The notes under the pieces were generated by a model, which made no database searches, was not told the origin of the DNA, and was given only the letters and a program-made list of their open reading frames with translations. The position numbers and the translations under genes were made by a program. Source: Mobula hypostoma (lineage: Eukaryota). From it: DNA of 64,000 bases. Shown in pieces: positions 1 through 11,598 of this stretch (the stretch's first letter is position 1; every line of letters begins with the position of its first letter). The stretch is from assembly GCF_963921235.1 (NCBI RefSeq), contig NC_086097.1:244344001-244408000 (forward strand). The letters are read 5' to 3'.

Positions 1-765
1 GCCATCAAACACTCTTCATATGACAAGCCATTCAATTCTGGAATCATTTTCATGAACGTCCCTTAAACCCTCTCCAATTTCAGCACATCCTTTCTAATAT
101 AAGGGGCCCAAAACGGCTCACAACACTCCAAGTGAAGCCTCACCAGTGCTTTATTAAGTCTCAACATTACATCCTTGCTTTTATATTCTAGTCCTTTTGA
201 AATTAATGCTAACATCGCATTTGCTTTCCTCACCACAGATTCGACCTGAAAATTAACCTCCAGAGAATCCTGCACAAGGACTCCCAAGTTCCTTTGCGTC
301 TCAGTTTCTTTTTGTATTTTCTCTCCATTTAAAGAATAGTCAACCCTTTCATTTCTTCTACCAAAGTGCATGACCATACACTTCCCGTTACTGTATCCAT
401 CTGCCATTTTTTGCTCATTCTCCCCCTTCTGTTTAAGTCCTCCTGTAGCCTCTCTACTTCCTCAAAACTACCTGCCCGTCCACCTATCTTTATATTGTCT
501 GCAAACTTTGCAACAAAGCCATCAATTCCATCATCCAAATCATTGATATATAACGTAAAAAGAATCGGTCTCAACATAGTCCCCTGTGGAAAACCATTAG
601 TCACTGGCAGCCAGTCAGAAAAGATTCCCTTTGTTCCCACCCTTTGCTCCCACCCTTTGCCTCCTGCCCATCAGACACTGATTTATCCATGCCAGAATCT
701 TTCCTATAATACCATGGGCTCATAGCTTGTTAAGCAGCCTCATGTGTGACACCTTGTCAAAGGCC

Positions 766-2441
766 ATAAGACCATAAAATATAGGAGCAGAAGTAGGCCA
801 TTCACCCATCAAGTCTGCTCCACCATTCAATCAGGGGCTGATCCAATTCTTCCAGTCATCCCCACTCCCCTGCCTTCTCCCCATACCCCTTGATGCCCTG
901 GCTAATCAAGAACCTATCTCTGCCTTAAATGCATCCAATGACTTGGCCTCCACAGCCGCTCGTGGCAACAAATTCCATAAATTTACCACCCTCTGACTAA
1001 AGTAATTTCTCTCCATCTAAATAATAGCCTGTCTGTTTATTTCTTCCACCAAAGTGCATGACCATACACTTTCCATCATTGTATTTCATTTGCCACTTCT
1101 TTGCCCATTCATCTAAACTATCTAAGTCTCTCTGCAAACTCTCTGTTTCCTCAACACTACCCGCTTCTCCACCTATCTTTGTATCATCGGCAAATTTAGC
1201 CCCAATCCTATTAATCCCATAGTCCAAATCATTGACATACATCATAAAAAGCAGCGGTTCCAACACCGACCTCTGTGGAACTCCACTGGTAATCGGCAAC
1301 CAGCCAGAATAGGATCCCTTTATTCCCACTCTCTGTTTTCTGCCAACCAGCCAGTGCTCCATCCATGCGAGTAACTTCCCTGTAATTCCATGGGCGCTTA
1401 TCTTGCTAAGCAGCCTCACGTGTGGCACCTTGTCAAAAGCATTCTGAAAATGAAAGTACATCACTTCTACTGCATCTCCTTTGTCTACCCTGCTTATAAT
1501 TTCCTCAAAAAATCGCAGTAGATTTGTCAGGCAGGATTTTCCTTTCAGGAAACTATGCTGGCTTTGGCCTATCTTGTCATGTGCCTCCAGGTATTCCATA
1601 ATCTCATCCCTACAATCGATTCCAACAACTTCCCAACCACTGATGTCAGGCTAACAGGTCTATAGTTTCCTTTCTGCTGCCTCCCACCTTTCTTAAATAG
1701 CAGAGTAACATTTGCAATTTTCCAGTCATCCAGTACAATTCCAGAATCTATTGATTCTTGAAAGATCGTTGTTAATGCCTCCGCAATCTCTTCAGCTACT
1801 TCCTTCACAACTCAAGGGTGCATTCCATCAGGTCCAGGAGATTTATCCACCCTCAGACTGTTAAGCTTCCTGAGCACCTTCTCAGTCATAATTTCCCTGA
1901 CACTCTTGAATGTCTGGTATACTGCAGATATCTTCTACTGTGAAGACTGACGCAAAATACACATTCAGTTCCTCTGCCATCTCTGCATCTCTAATTACAA
2001 TATCTCCAGCGTCATTTTGTATTGGTCCTATATTTACCCTCAACTCTCTTTTACCCTTTATATACTTAAAAAAGCTTTAAGTATCTTCTTTGATATTAAT
2101 CGCCAGCTTCCTTTCATAATTCATCTTTTCCTTCCTAATGACCTTCTTAAGTTTCCTTCTGCGGATTTTTATACGCTTCCCAATCCCCTATCTTCCCACT
2201 GGCTTTGGCTTCCTTGTATGCCCTCTCTTTTGCTTTTACTTTGGCTCTGACTTCACTCGTCAGCCATGGTAGTGTCCTTCTTCCATTTGAAAATTTCTTC
2301 TATATTTGGAATATATCTGTCCTGCACTTCCCTCATTTTTTGCAGAAACTCCAGCTATTGCTGCTCTGCTGTCCTTCCTGCTAGTGTCCCTTTCCAGTCA
2401 ACCTTGGCCAGTTCCCCTCTCATGCCATTGTAGTTCCCCTC
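766..2441 (-). mobile_element. 5'-truncated CR1 LINE nested in another CR1, with an internal deletion near 1010
   Basis: CR1 3' tail and hairpin from 766. RT ORFs 997-1599 and 1569-1808 (KFADDTKIGG). 9-bp TSD TCAAAGGCC at 757-765 and 2442-2450. Confidence 0.9.
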
Positions 2442-2825
2442 TCAAAGGCCTTCTGAAATTCCAAGTACACAACAACAACCAATTCTCCTTTGCCTATCCT
2501 GCTTGTTATTTCTTCAACAGATTTGTCAGGCAAGATTTTCCCTTGAGGAAACCATGCTGACTACAGCCTATTTTATCATGTGCCTTCAAGTACCCTAAAA
2601 CCTCATCCTTAATAATCGACTCCAACATTTTCCCAACCACTGAGGTCAGACTAACTGAGCTACATTTTCCTTTCTTCTGCCTCTCTCCTTTCTTGAAGAG
2701 TGGAGTGACATTTGCAATTTTCCAGTCTTCCAGAACCATTTCAGAATGTAGTGATTCTTGAAAGATCATTACGAATGCCTCCATGATCTCTTCATCCACC
2801 TCTTTCAGAACTCTGGGGTGTACAC

Positions 2826-3676
2826 TGTTACGAGAATAAACATAAAATTAAGATGTTTGCTGGCCTGGGCTAGCATCAGTGGCATCAGCAGTTGGTCTGC
2901 CACCTGCCCTCAGGGGAAGGAGAGATAAGGAACAATGGAGCAGCATCTGGAGATGTGTAATGAAGGGACGGGAGAGAGAGCTGTCTGGAGCGGCTCCACC
3001 TTTGAACCCTGAACTGTTTGAAGTGATGGACAGGCGATACCCCAGCAGGGGGATAAAAAGGGACCGGTTCGCTAAGGCAAGACACACGCCACCCGAGGTA
3101 ACGAGACCCTGGAAGCGGTGCGCCTCTCACGAGTGGGTGAGAAGTACCAGACAACGACAAGGGTGGAAAGGTACGATCAGCGGGAACCCGATGTGTGTCC
3201 GCCCTTGCCTGGGTGCCGGGTTCACTGCAGAGGATCGACCGCATCTGGAGGAGGGGTCACAGTCGGTGACCTCAGGTGACATCACCAAGGACCCGCCCAA
3301 AAGTTGCTTGTGAGCCATCTCGCAGGTCTGTGAGTGAAGCAGTGTTCTGAATGATCAGTTGTTCCTATTCTATCTCTCTCTTCCCCCACGTTGTCCATCG
3401 CCATGGCAACGATTACTGCGAACTGAACTGGACTGAACTTTGAGTCATTTTGAAATTTGGTCATTTACCCCTAGACAACGATAGAGCTTGATTGATGCTG
3501 TTATCTTAATTCTGTGCACATGTGCGTTTATCATCGCTGAACTGTTGCATTTATTATCCTTTCGATTACTGTGTTGCTTGTTTCTTTAATAAAACTTTCT
3601 TAGTTCTAGTACTCCAGACTCCAACTGAGTGATCCATTTCTGCTGGTTTGGCAACCCAGTTACGGGGTACGTAACA
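2826..3676 (+). mobile_element. Solo LTR (851 bp), probably Gypsy or ERV type
   Basis: Termini TGTTACG...CGTAACA form a 7-bp inverted repeat. 4-bp TSD ACAC at 2822-2825 and 3677-3680. AATAAA near 3588. The flanking CR1 rejoins as ggggtgtacaccatctggtcc. Confidence 0.92.
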
Positions 3677-4554
3677 ACACCATCTGGTCCAGATAACTTA
3701 TCTACCTTCAGACCTTTCAGTTTCCCAAGACCCTGTCCAGTTCTGGTAACTTCACACACTTCATGCCCCCTGACACCTAGAACTTCCACCGTACTGCTAG
3801 TCTTCCACAGGGAATACCGATACAAAATGCTTATTCTGTTCATCCATTTCATTGTCCCCCATTGCTAACTCTCCAGCATCATTTTCCAGTGGTTCGATAC
3901 CACTCTCACCTCTCTTTTACACTTCATGTATCTGAAGAATCTTTTGGTATCCTCTTTAATATTATTGGCTTGCTTACCTTCTTAATTACTTTTTTAGTTG
4001 CCTTCTCTTGGTTTTTAAAGGCTTCCCAGTCCTCTAATTTCCCACTAATCTTTGCTCTATTATATGCCCTCTCTTTGGCTTTTAAGTTGACTTTCACTTA
4101 GCCATGGTTGTGTCATCTTTCCTTTCGCATACTGCTTCCTCTTTGGAATGTATATGTCTTGTGCCTTCCAAATTGCTTCCAGAAATTCCAGCCATTGTTT
4201 CTCTGCCGTCATCCCTGCCAGTGTTCTTTTCCAATCAATTCTGGTCAACTCCTCTCTCATGCCTTTGAAATTCCCTTTACTCCACTGTAATACTGATACA
4301 TCTGACTTTAACTTCTCCTTCTCAAGTTTCATGGTGAATTCAATCATATTATGATTACTTCCCCTAAGGGTTCTTTTATCTTAAGCTCTCTCTCTAATCA
4401 ATTCTGGTTCATTGCACAACACCCAGTTCTGAATAACTGATCCTCTGTTGGGCTCAACCACAAACTGCTCTAAAAAGCCATCTCATGGGCACTTTAGAAA
4501 TTCCCCCTCCTGTAATCCAGCACCAACCTGATTTTTCCAATCTACCTGCATATT

Positions 4555-5182
4555 AGATATGAAGACACGCAGTCCTCTTTTTATTGTCATTTAGTAATGC
4601 ATGCATTAAGAAATGATACAATATTTCCTCCGGTGTGATATCACAAAACACAGGACAGACCAAGACTGAAAAAAACTAACAAAACCACATAATTATAACA
4701 TATAGTTACAACAGTGCAACAATACCATAACTTGATGACGAAGTCCATGAGCACAGTAAAAGTTCAAAGTCTCTCAAATGTCCCACATCTCACGCAGACA
4801 GGAGAAGGAAGAAAAACTCTCCCTGCCATACCCGACCACAGTCCGACTCTGAGTCATCTGAAAACTTCAAGCTCTGATCAGCTCTCCGACACCGAGTACT
4901 GAGCGCCATTTCTATCCGAACGATTCGACCTCCTTCTCGGTCGCCAACAGCAGGCAAAGCCGGGGATTTTGAGGCCTTCCCTCCGAAAAGATTCCTAACC
5001 GCATAGTAACGACAGCAGCAAACGAGCATTTCAGAAATTTTTCCAGATCTTCCTCTGTACTTTCCCGTCCCTCTCCATCAAATCAGAATTGTCCACGGCC
5101 CCTATTTAACGGATACGATATCATTTTTCACCGGAGGGCTGCACACGCGCCGCGCGGCACGCTGCTCTCTCTCCTCCTGCCT
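4555..5182 (-). mobile_element. Non-autonomous ~620-bp retroposon (copy 1)
   Basis: Colinear reverse complement of 43540-44155. Interrupts a CR1 at cctgcatatt|gaagtcccc. Ends in an AATAAA-containing LINE-like tail. Confidence 0.85.
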
Positions 5183-5426
5183 AATTGAAGTCCCCATGAC
5201 TATTGCTACATTGCCCTTTTGGCATGCATTTTTATTTCCCATTGTAATTTGTAGGCTATATCCTTACTACTATTTGGGATCTGAACTAATCCCTTCTGCT
5301 TACAATATGTACCTACTTACACAGTAATGATGTGCTCCTCCCTCGTGTTTCTGTACTACCTTACAGTTCCCAGTCTGTTTTCCCCTAAGAACCCTCTGCA
5401 GCAGCTTCTCTAACACCAAAATAAGA

Positions 5427-5542
5427 CTTTATGTCCATAATAGCCTGAAAATGCTCGATCTCATCCTGTCTTGGAAGTTAAGGAGGCTCAGGCCTGGTTG
5501 GTCCTTGGACAGGAGAGCATCTGGGAGTACCATGTGCCGTAG
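5427..5542 (+). pseudogene. 5S rRNA pseudogene or 5S-derived head
   Basis: ccataatagcctgaaaatgctcgatctcatcctgtcttggaagttaaggaggctcaggcctggttggtccttggacaggagagcatctgggagtaccatgtgccgtag is colinear with vertebrate 5S over nearly its full length. Many substitutions, including boxes A and C; no T-run terminator. Confidence 0.9.
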
Positions 5543-5545
5543 TCA

Positions 5546-5604
5546 TGGGCAGCACAGGAGTGTAGTGGTTAGTGTAATGCTATTACAGCGCCAATGACCC
5601 AGTT
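5546..5604 (+). mobile_element. tRNA-derived SINE head fragment (HE1-like)
   Basis: gggcagcacaggagtgtagtggttag has an A-box and is cut at the B-box. Similar heads at 38228 and 62300. Confidence 0.7.
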
Positions 5605-6826
5605 GATGCCTCATAAAGGTGGTATCCATCATTAAGGACCCTCATCCCCACGACATGCCCTCTTTTCATTGATACCATCACAGAGGAGGTACAGGAGCCT
5701 GAAGCCACACACTCAATGTTTTAGGAACTGCTCCGTCCCCATCGTCGTCCGATTTCTGAATGGACAATGAACCAATGGAATTCAAGTTCAATTATCATTC
5801 AATCAATACAAGAACACAGGCAAATGAAGCAGCATTCCCCTGGGGCCAAGGCGCAAAACACATTACCAACAGCAAACAGCACACTACAGATAACACAAAT
5901 AGCACAAATGGTTACAATTTCAGAAAAACATACAGTCACAAAGATAAAAAAATCATAGACCAAGTCCCTGAGTGGCATGACTGTAGAATTGATGGTAAGT
6001 TGTCCTGGCAACACACATCAAAGTTGCTGGTGCGTCACCAGCAACTTTGACGTGCGTTGCTTGAATTTCCAGCATCTGCAGAATTCCTCGTGTTTACGCA
6101 AGGTGTCCTGGTCAAGCTTGTTCTTCCACCTAATGGACACTGGAGGGCAGCACTGAGCGAACACAGGACAGCAGTACCAATGGGAGGCACCAGCCAACAT
6201 CCCAAGTACGGATTCTAGCATGCCCCACACTGCCTCAGTGTCTCCTGTCCTGGTCGGCTACAGCAGGCACCCTACAGCCCAGGCCTAGTCATCGCCACAA
6301 CTGAGACAGCACAGCCCTAATGCCATTGCTCCCACCAGTAAACTGGACTTCCAGTATTCTATGTTAGCCATGTCCAACAGGGTCTTGTGATCACAATATA
6401 AACGTCTAATACAATCAATCACATTGCACGTCGTCCAACCGCACATGACAAGTCCAGACAACAACACAGCAACATTACGGAATAGGAACTCGCTGATGGG
6501 ACAATCGTGCAGTACTCGATGTTCTTAGTATCCAGCAGTGACTTGCAATCGTAAAAGAATATATACAAGGCGAACAAACACACCTTTGATTGGACCCGGA
6601 GTGGTCGTTGCATCCAAGAATGCGGCATCTTGCCCTATGTCAAATGTTTTTTTCCTCTCTTGTAGCTCTCCTTTTTCACTAATATTTTGATTTATATGGT
6701 TTCTATATTTATATAATCCTTTTTGTAATTTATAGTTGTTGTTGTTATATATTGCATGGTACTGCTGGTGCAAAGCATCATATTTCACAACATACAGTAT
6801 GCCAGTGATACTAACCCTGATTCTGA
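5605..6826 (+). mobile_element. Rex-Babar-type LINE 3' end (5605-5777 and 6632-6826) interrupted by a minus-strand non-autonomous element (about 5778-6631)
   Basis: Encodes a decayed SIIKDPH...LFSL.PS.RRYRSL C-terminus. The tail resumes at 6632 and parallels 53960-54140. Confidence 0.7.
6009..6099 (+). mobile_element. Minimal fold-back Penelope insertion (91 bp)
   Basis: Hairpin caacacacatcaaagttgctggtg-cgt-caccagcaactttgacgtgcgttg followed by the family 3' tail. TSD AAG(T/G)TGTCCTGG at 5997-6008 and 6100-6111. Confidence 0.85.
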
Positions 6827-6929
6827 GCTTCTATCAACATATGCTCACTGTTGGCTCAGTGTATCGGAAAACTTGCACTGGATAGAAATCCAAAAGCCCA
6901 CATTATCCAGATATCTATAGCCAGTAGCT

Positions 6930-7385
6930 AGTAATAATAAGAATAATAATAACCTATTTATAGAACACTTTTCATACAAATGATGTAGTTCAAAGCGCTT
7001 TATAATGAGATAAAGTGCAAACATGAAAAGAAAGGACAAAAAGATGCTAGATAAAAGCAAGGTTAAATAAATGGGCTTTGATCTGGCAGTTAAAAGTGTC
7101 AACTGAGTCTGAATCCCTTATAGTTTTTTGGTATTGAGTCCCACAGTTTAGCAGCAAAGTTCAAAGAGCTGACCTGCCAATCTTCATCTGAGGGGAATTG
7201 TTTAAATTTAAAAGACCGGCAGAAGATGAAGTGCAGGAGGAATTATAAAAGAAAAGCAGTTCTGTGATGTGCTCTGGTCCGAGACCATCGAAAGCTTTAA
7301 AAACAGGTAGGAGAACTTTCGAATCAATTCTAAAAGACACAGGAAGCCAATGCAGAGTAGTTACAATTAGGGGGATATATTCCTT
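6930..7385 (-). mobile_element. L2-type LINE 3' fragment
   Basis: ORF 7161-7415 has LHWLPVSFRIDSKVLL, the typical L2 C-terminus. AAGCGCTTTG motif and (TAT)n tail follow. Confidence 0.8.
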
Positions 7386-7538
7386 CATCCAGACCTCAAA
7401 ACTGCAGCAGATCAACCATTAACAAAGGAACTAAATTCCTACAAGAGGTGAGGCGTGGTTTTCCTGTTGAGGTAAGCCCAAGTTACTGAACAGTAGTTTA
7501 ACAATGAATCACATGCTGTTGCCCAGTGGGTTACTTAC

Positions 7539-7648
7539 AGAAGTGTGTGGCGGCGAGTCTGATCCTGTGCCTGACTTCTTGGACCTCTGAGCCAGGGAGG
7601 TTCCGAACCGCAGCGTTTCGTACACTGGGTCAATCTTACTGGTACAAG
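7539..7648 (-). CDS. STAC: STAC coding exon, 110 bp
   Basis: Minus strand reads tttattctcttttgaag|CT TGT ACC...ACT TCT|gtaagt. Translation (A)CTSKIDPVYETLRFGTSLAQRSKKSGTGSDSPPHTS matches STAC1 ACGNKVDPVYETLRFGTSLAQRTKK...SDSPHRTS. Phase fits the previous exon. Confidence 0.96.
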
Positions 7649-7664
7649 CTTCAAAAGAGAATAA

Positions 7665-8175
7665 ACAGACCTGTTCAACCTATTCCTATAACTCAGATTC
7701 TCAAATCCTGGCAACCTCTTTGTAAGTTTACTCTGCACTCTTTCAACCTTATTTAATCTTTCTTGTTGGTAGGTGACCAGAACTACACACAATACTCTAA
7801 ATTGGGCATCACCAACGTATTAAACAACTTCAACATAACATCCCAACTCCTGGACTCAGTACATTGATTTATGAAGGCCAATGTGCCAAATGCTTCCTTT
7901 ACAACCCTATCTAACTGCGACAGCATTTTCAAGGAATTGTGGATCAGTATTCACAGATTCCTCTGTTCTACCACTCTTATCAATGCCCCACCACTCACCT
8001 TGTCAAACCTACCCTGGTTTGTCCTCCCAAAGTGGAACACCTCACACTTATCCGCATTAAGATCCATCTGCCATTTTCTCAGCCCATATTTCCAACTGGT
8101 CCAGACCCCGCTGCAAACTGTGACAGTCTTTCTCGCTGTCCACTACGCCCCCAATCTTGGTCTCATCCAGCAAAT
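7665..8175 (-). mobile_element. CR1 fragment filling most of the 619-bp STAC intron
   Basis: DETKIGGVVDS and ERVQSKLTKRLPG..LSY.NRLNR motifs. Confidence 0.85.
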
Positions 8176-8267
8176 TTGCTGCTTTGGCAAAGCCGAAGGA
8201 AATGCAGCAGTGAGCCACACAAATAAACCAGACGTCTATCCATTCCAAATAATGAATAACTACTTAC

Positions 8268-8349
8268 CAATAGGCATCACCTCTTTGATACACCCGTACT
8301 GTTCGTGGATTAACAATGGGGAGCTGTAGTACCGTCGGAATCCCTTTGG
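8268..8349 (-). CDS. STAC: STAC coding exon, 82 bp
   Basis: Minus strand reads ctttctctctgttgatag|CCA AAG GGA...CCT ATT G|gtaagt. Translation PKGFRRYYSSPLLIHEQYGCIKEVMPI(A) directly continues the upstream exon. Phase 0 in, phase 1 out. Confidence 0.97.
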
Positions 8350-9296
8350 CTATCAACAGAGAGAAAGCGTGTGACCATCTGTTACTAGGATAATAATCTA
8401 TAGCATAGAACAGTAAACCACAGTACAAGCCACTTGGCCCACGATGTTGTGCTGACCTTTTAACCTACTCTAAGATCAAACTAACCCTTTCCACCTATGT
8501 GGTCCTCAGTCTTTCTAATTCCATGTGCCCATCTGAGAGTTTCTTAAATGCCCTTGATGTACAAACATATTTGCCTCTACCACCATCCCAGCAAGAACAG
8601 TTATTATGTCTTGGAACTCCAAGGCATAAAACCAATTGAAAGGAAACATGAAGCTGGGAACGTGTGTCTTAGTTTTGTTTTAGAGGTATGTGCTTATGAC
8701 ATGGTGGCATGCTACTTTCCTGACAAGTGGGATTACTCTGCTTGGCAGGTGAGACTTATGGCTATGAAACAATCTCAAGTTCTGTGATGGTTGTAGGAGG
8801 CTCTGAGACTGCAGGAGGTGCTTCTGACAGCTTGGGACACTTCCTTCCTGACGTGTTGACATCCCGAACAGTGCATGACAATCTGCTCAATCTCTTTCTT
8901 ATCTATCTCAAGCCACCAGACAAAGCTTCGAGCCAATGATATCATTTTGACCACACCTAGATGACCAGCATGTAGCTCCTCCAACACATTAGCTCTCTGC
9001 TTGGATGGTAAAACAACTCTCAATCTCCACATAAGGCAACCTCCGTCAGGAGCAAGTTTATCCAGGCACTGGTAAATGGGGGAACTGGGGCTTCCCCATT
9101 CCGGCCATTTTGGGAGGTCAAGTAGACCTGAGGAAGTGTGGGGTCCTTTCTGGTTTCCCTTTGGATCATCTCAGTATAATAGGGAGTCTTTTGATTTGCA
9201 TTAGGAAGAGCACATCAAGGAGCGTGTCCCCTTTTGTAAATTTTTCAGACATTTCCTTTTCCTAAAGTAAACAGGACAATCCATCCACATTTCTAT

Positions 9297-11598
9297 CAAC
9301 ACACATAAAAGTTGCTGGTGAACGCAGCAGGCCAGGCAGCATCTCTAGGAAGAGGTACAGTCAACGTTTTGGGCTGAGACCCCTCATCAGGACTAACTGA
9401 AAGAAGAACTAGTAAGAGATTTGAAAGTGGGAGGGGGAGGGGGAGATCCAAAATGATAGGAGAAGACAGGAGGGGGAGGGATGGAACTAAGAGCTGGAAA
9501 GTTGATTGGCAAAAGGGATACAAGGCTGGAGAAGGGAGAGGATCATGGGGTGGGAGGCCTAGGGAGAAAGAAAAGGGGAAGGGGGAAGCCCAGAGGATGG
9601 GCAAGGAGTATAGTGAGAGGGACAGAGGGAGAAAAAGGAGAAAGAGAAAAAAAATAATAAATAAATAAATATCGGATGGGATATGAAGGGGAGGTGGGGC
9701 ATTAACGGAAGTTAGAGAAGTCAATGTTCATGCCATCGGATTGGAGTCTACCCAGACGGAATATAAGGTGTTGTTCCTCCAACCTGAGTGTGGCTTCATC
9801 TTGACAGTAGAGTCTGAAATTTTCGATGATTTTAAGTTCCCTGGCCTCCACCACTTTACTTTCACCATGGATGTCCAGTCCCTATATACTTCCATCCCCC
9901 ACCAGGAAGGTCTCAAAGCTCTCCCCTTCTTTTTGGATTCCAGACCTAACCAGTTCCCCTCTACCACCACTCTGCTCCGTCTAACGAAATTAGTCCTTAT
10001 TCTTAATAATTTCTCCTTTGGCTCCTCCCACTTCCTCCAAACTAAAGGTGTAGCCATGGGCACCCGTATGGGTCCCAACTATGCCTGCCTTTTTGTTGGC
10101 TTTGTGGAACAATCCATGTTCCAAGCCTATACTGGTATCTGTCCCCCACTTTTCCTTCGCTACATCGACGACTGCATTGGCACTGCTTCCTACACGCATG
10201 CTGAGCTCGTTGACTTTATTACTTTGCCTCCAACTTTCACCCTGCCTTCAAGTTTACCTGGTCCATTTCCAACACCTCCCTCTCCTTTCTCGATCTTTCT
10301 GTCTATCTCTGGAGACAGCTTATCTACTGATGTCTACTATAAGCCTACGAACCCTGTCTCTTGCAAAAATGCCATCCCCTTCTCGCAATTTCTGTCTCCG
10401 CCGCATCTGCTCTCAGGATGAGGCTTTTCATTCCAGGACGAAGGAGACGTCCTCCTTTTTGAAAGAAAGGGGCTCCCCTTCCTCCACCATCAACTCTGCT
10501 CTCAAATGCACCTCTCCCATTTCACGCACATCTGCTCTCACCCCATCCTCCCGCCACCCCACGAGGAATAGAGTTCCCCTTGTCCTCACCTACCACCCCA
10601 CCAGCCTCCAGGACCAACATATAATTCTCCGTAACTTCCTCTACCTCCAACGGGATCTCACCACGAAGTACATCTTTCCCTCCCCCCCCCCCGCTTCCCA
10701 CAGGAATCGCTCCCTACGCGACTCCCTTGTCCATTCATCCCCCCCCATCCCTTCCCACCGATCTCCCTCCCGGCACTTATCCTTGTAAGCGGAACAAGTG
10801 CTACACATGTCCTTACACTTTCCCTCCTCACTACCATTCAGGGCCCCAGACAGTCCTTCCAGGTGAGGCGACACTTCACCTGTGAGTCGGTTGGGGTGAT
10901 ATACGGCATCCGGTGCTCCCGATGTGGCCTTCTATATATTGGCGAGACCCAACACAGGCTGGGAGACTGTTTCGCTGAACATCTGTGCTCTTACCGCCAG
11001 AGAAAGCAGGATCTCCCAGTGGCCACACATTTTAATTCCATGTCCCATTCCCATTCTGATATGTCTATCCACGGCCTCCTCTACTGTAAAGCTGAAGCCA
11101 CACTCAGGTTGGAGGAACAACACCTTATATTCTGTCTGGGTAGCCTCCAACCTGATGGCATGAACATTGATTTCTCTAACTTCCGCTAATGCCCCACCTT
11201 CCCCTCGTACCCCATCCATTATTTATTTATTTATTTATTTTTCTTTCTCCCTCTGTCCCTCTCACTGTACTCCTTGCCCATCCCCTGGGCTTCCCCCTCC
11301 CCCCTTCTTTCTCCCTAGGCTTTCCATCCCATGATCCTCTCATATCCCCTTTGCCAATGACCTGTCCAGCTCTTGGCTTCATCCCTCCCCCTCCTGTCTT
11401 CTCCTATCATTTTGGATCTCCCCTTCCCCCTCCCACTTTCAAATCACTTACTAGCTCTTCCTTCAGTCAGTCCTGACGAAGGGTCTCAGCCTGAAACGTC
11501 AACTGTACCTCTTCCTAGAGATGCTGCCTGGCCTGTGCGTCCACCAGCAACTTTGATGTGTGTTGCTTGATATTCCAGCATCTGCAGATTTCTTCGTG
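9297..11598 (+). mobile_element. Penelope-like element (Poseidon type): inverted 5' copy of the 3' end (9297-9810), RT and GIY-YIG remnants, 3' repeat and tail
   Basis: RT motifs MDVQSLYTSIP, QTKGVAMG, RYIDD (9741-10421). GIY-YIG VIYGIRCSRCGLLYIGET (10863-11189). Perfect 13-bp TSD TCCACATTTCTAT at 9284-9296 and 11599-11611. Frameshifted. Confidence 0.95.
11468..11505 (+). ncRNA. Minimal type I hammerhead ribozyme motif (one stem I mismatch)
   Basis: CAGTC CTGACGA AGGGTCTCAGCCT GAAA CGTC AACTG. Confidence 0.7.

Larger units (their letters stand above)
1..5280 (-). mobile_element. Decayed CR1 LINE (host copy) split by three insertions; pieces at about 1-765, 2451-2825, 3681-4554, 5183-5280
   Basis: ORF fragments carry CR1 motifs (PQG..L.PILF, KFADNIKIGG, WKIANVTPLFKKG, QHGFLKGKSCLTNL) and join colinearly once the insertions are removed. 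Confidence 0.88.

Noticed and set aside
2848..3318. ORFs of 63-144 aa inside the solo LTR
   Set aside because: No recognisable motifs; they overlap on both strands of GC-richer LTR sequence, consistent with chance.
5321..5409. Minus-strand segment between ttttggtgttag and gtaagtag as the next STAC exon
   Set aside because: The required phase-0 frame hits TAG, and no frame resembles STAC.
5427..5542. Functional 5S rRNA gene
   Set aside because: Single copy, heavily substituted including promoter boxes, and no Pol III terminator.
6849..6877. 29-nt minus-strand candidate exon (tttctatccag|...|gtgagc)
   Set aside because: No similarity to STAC and the length would shift the frame; only RNA-seq could rescue it.
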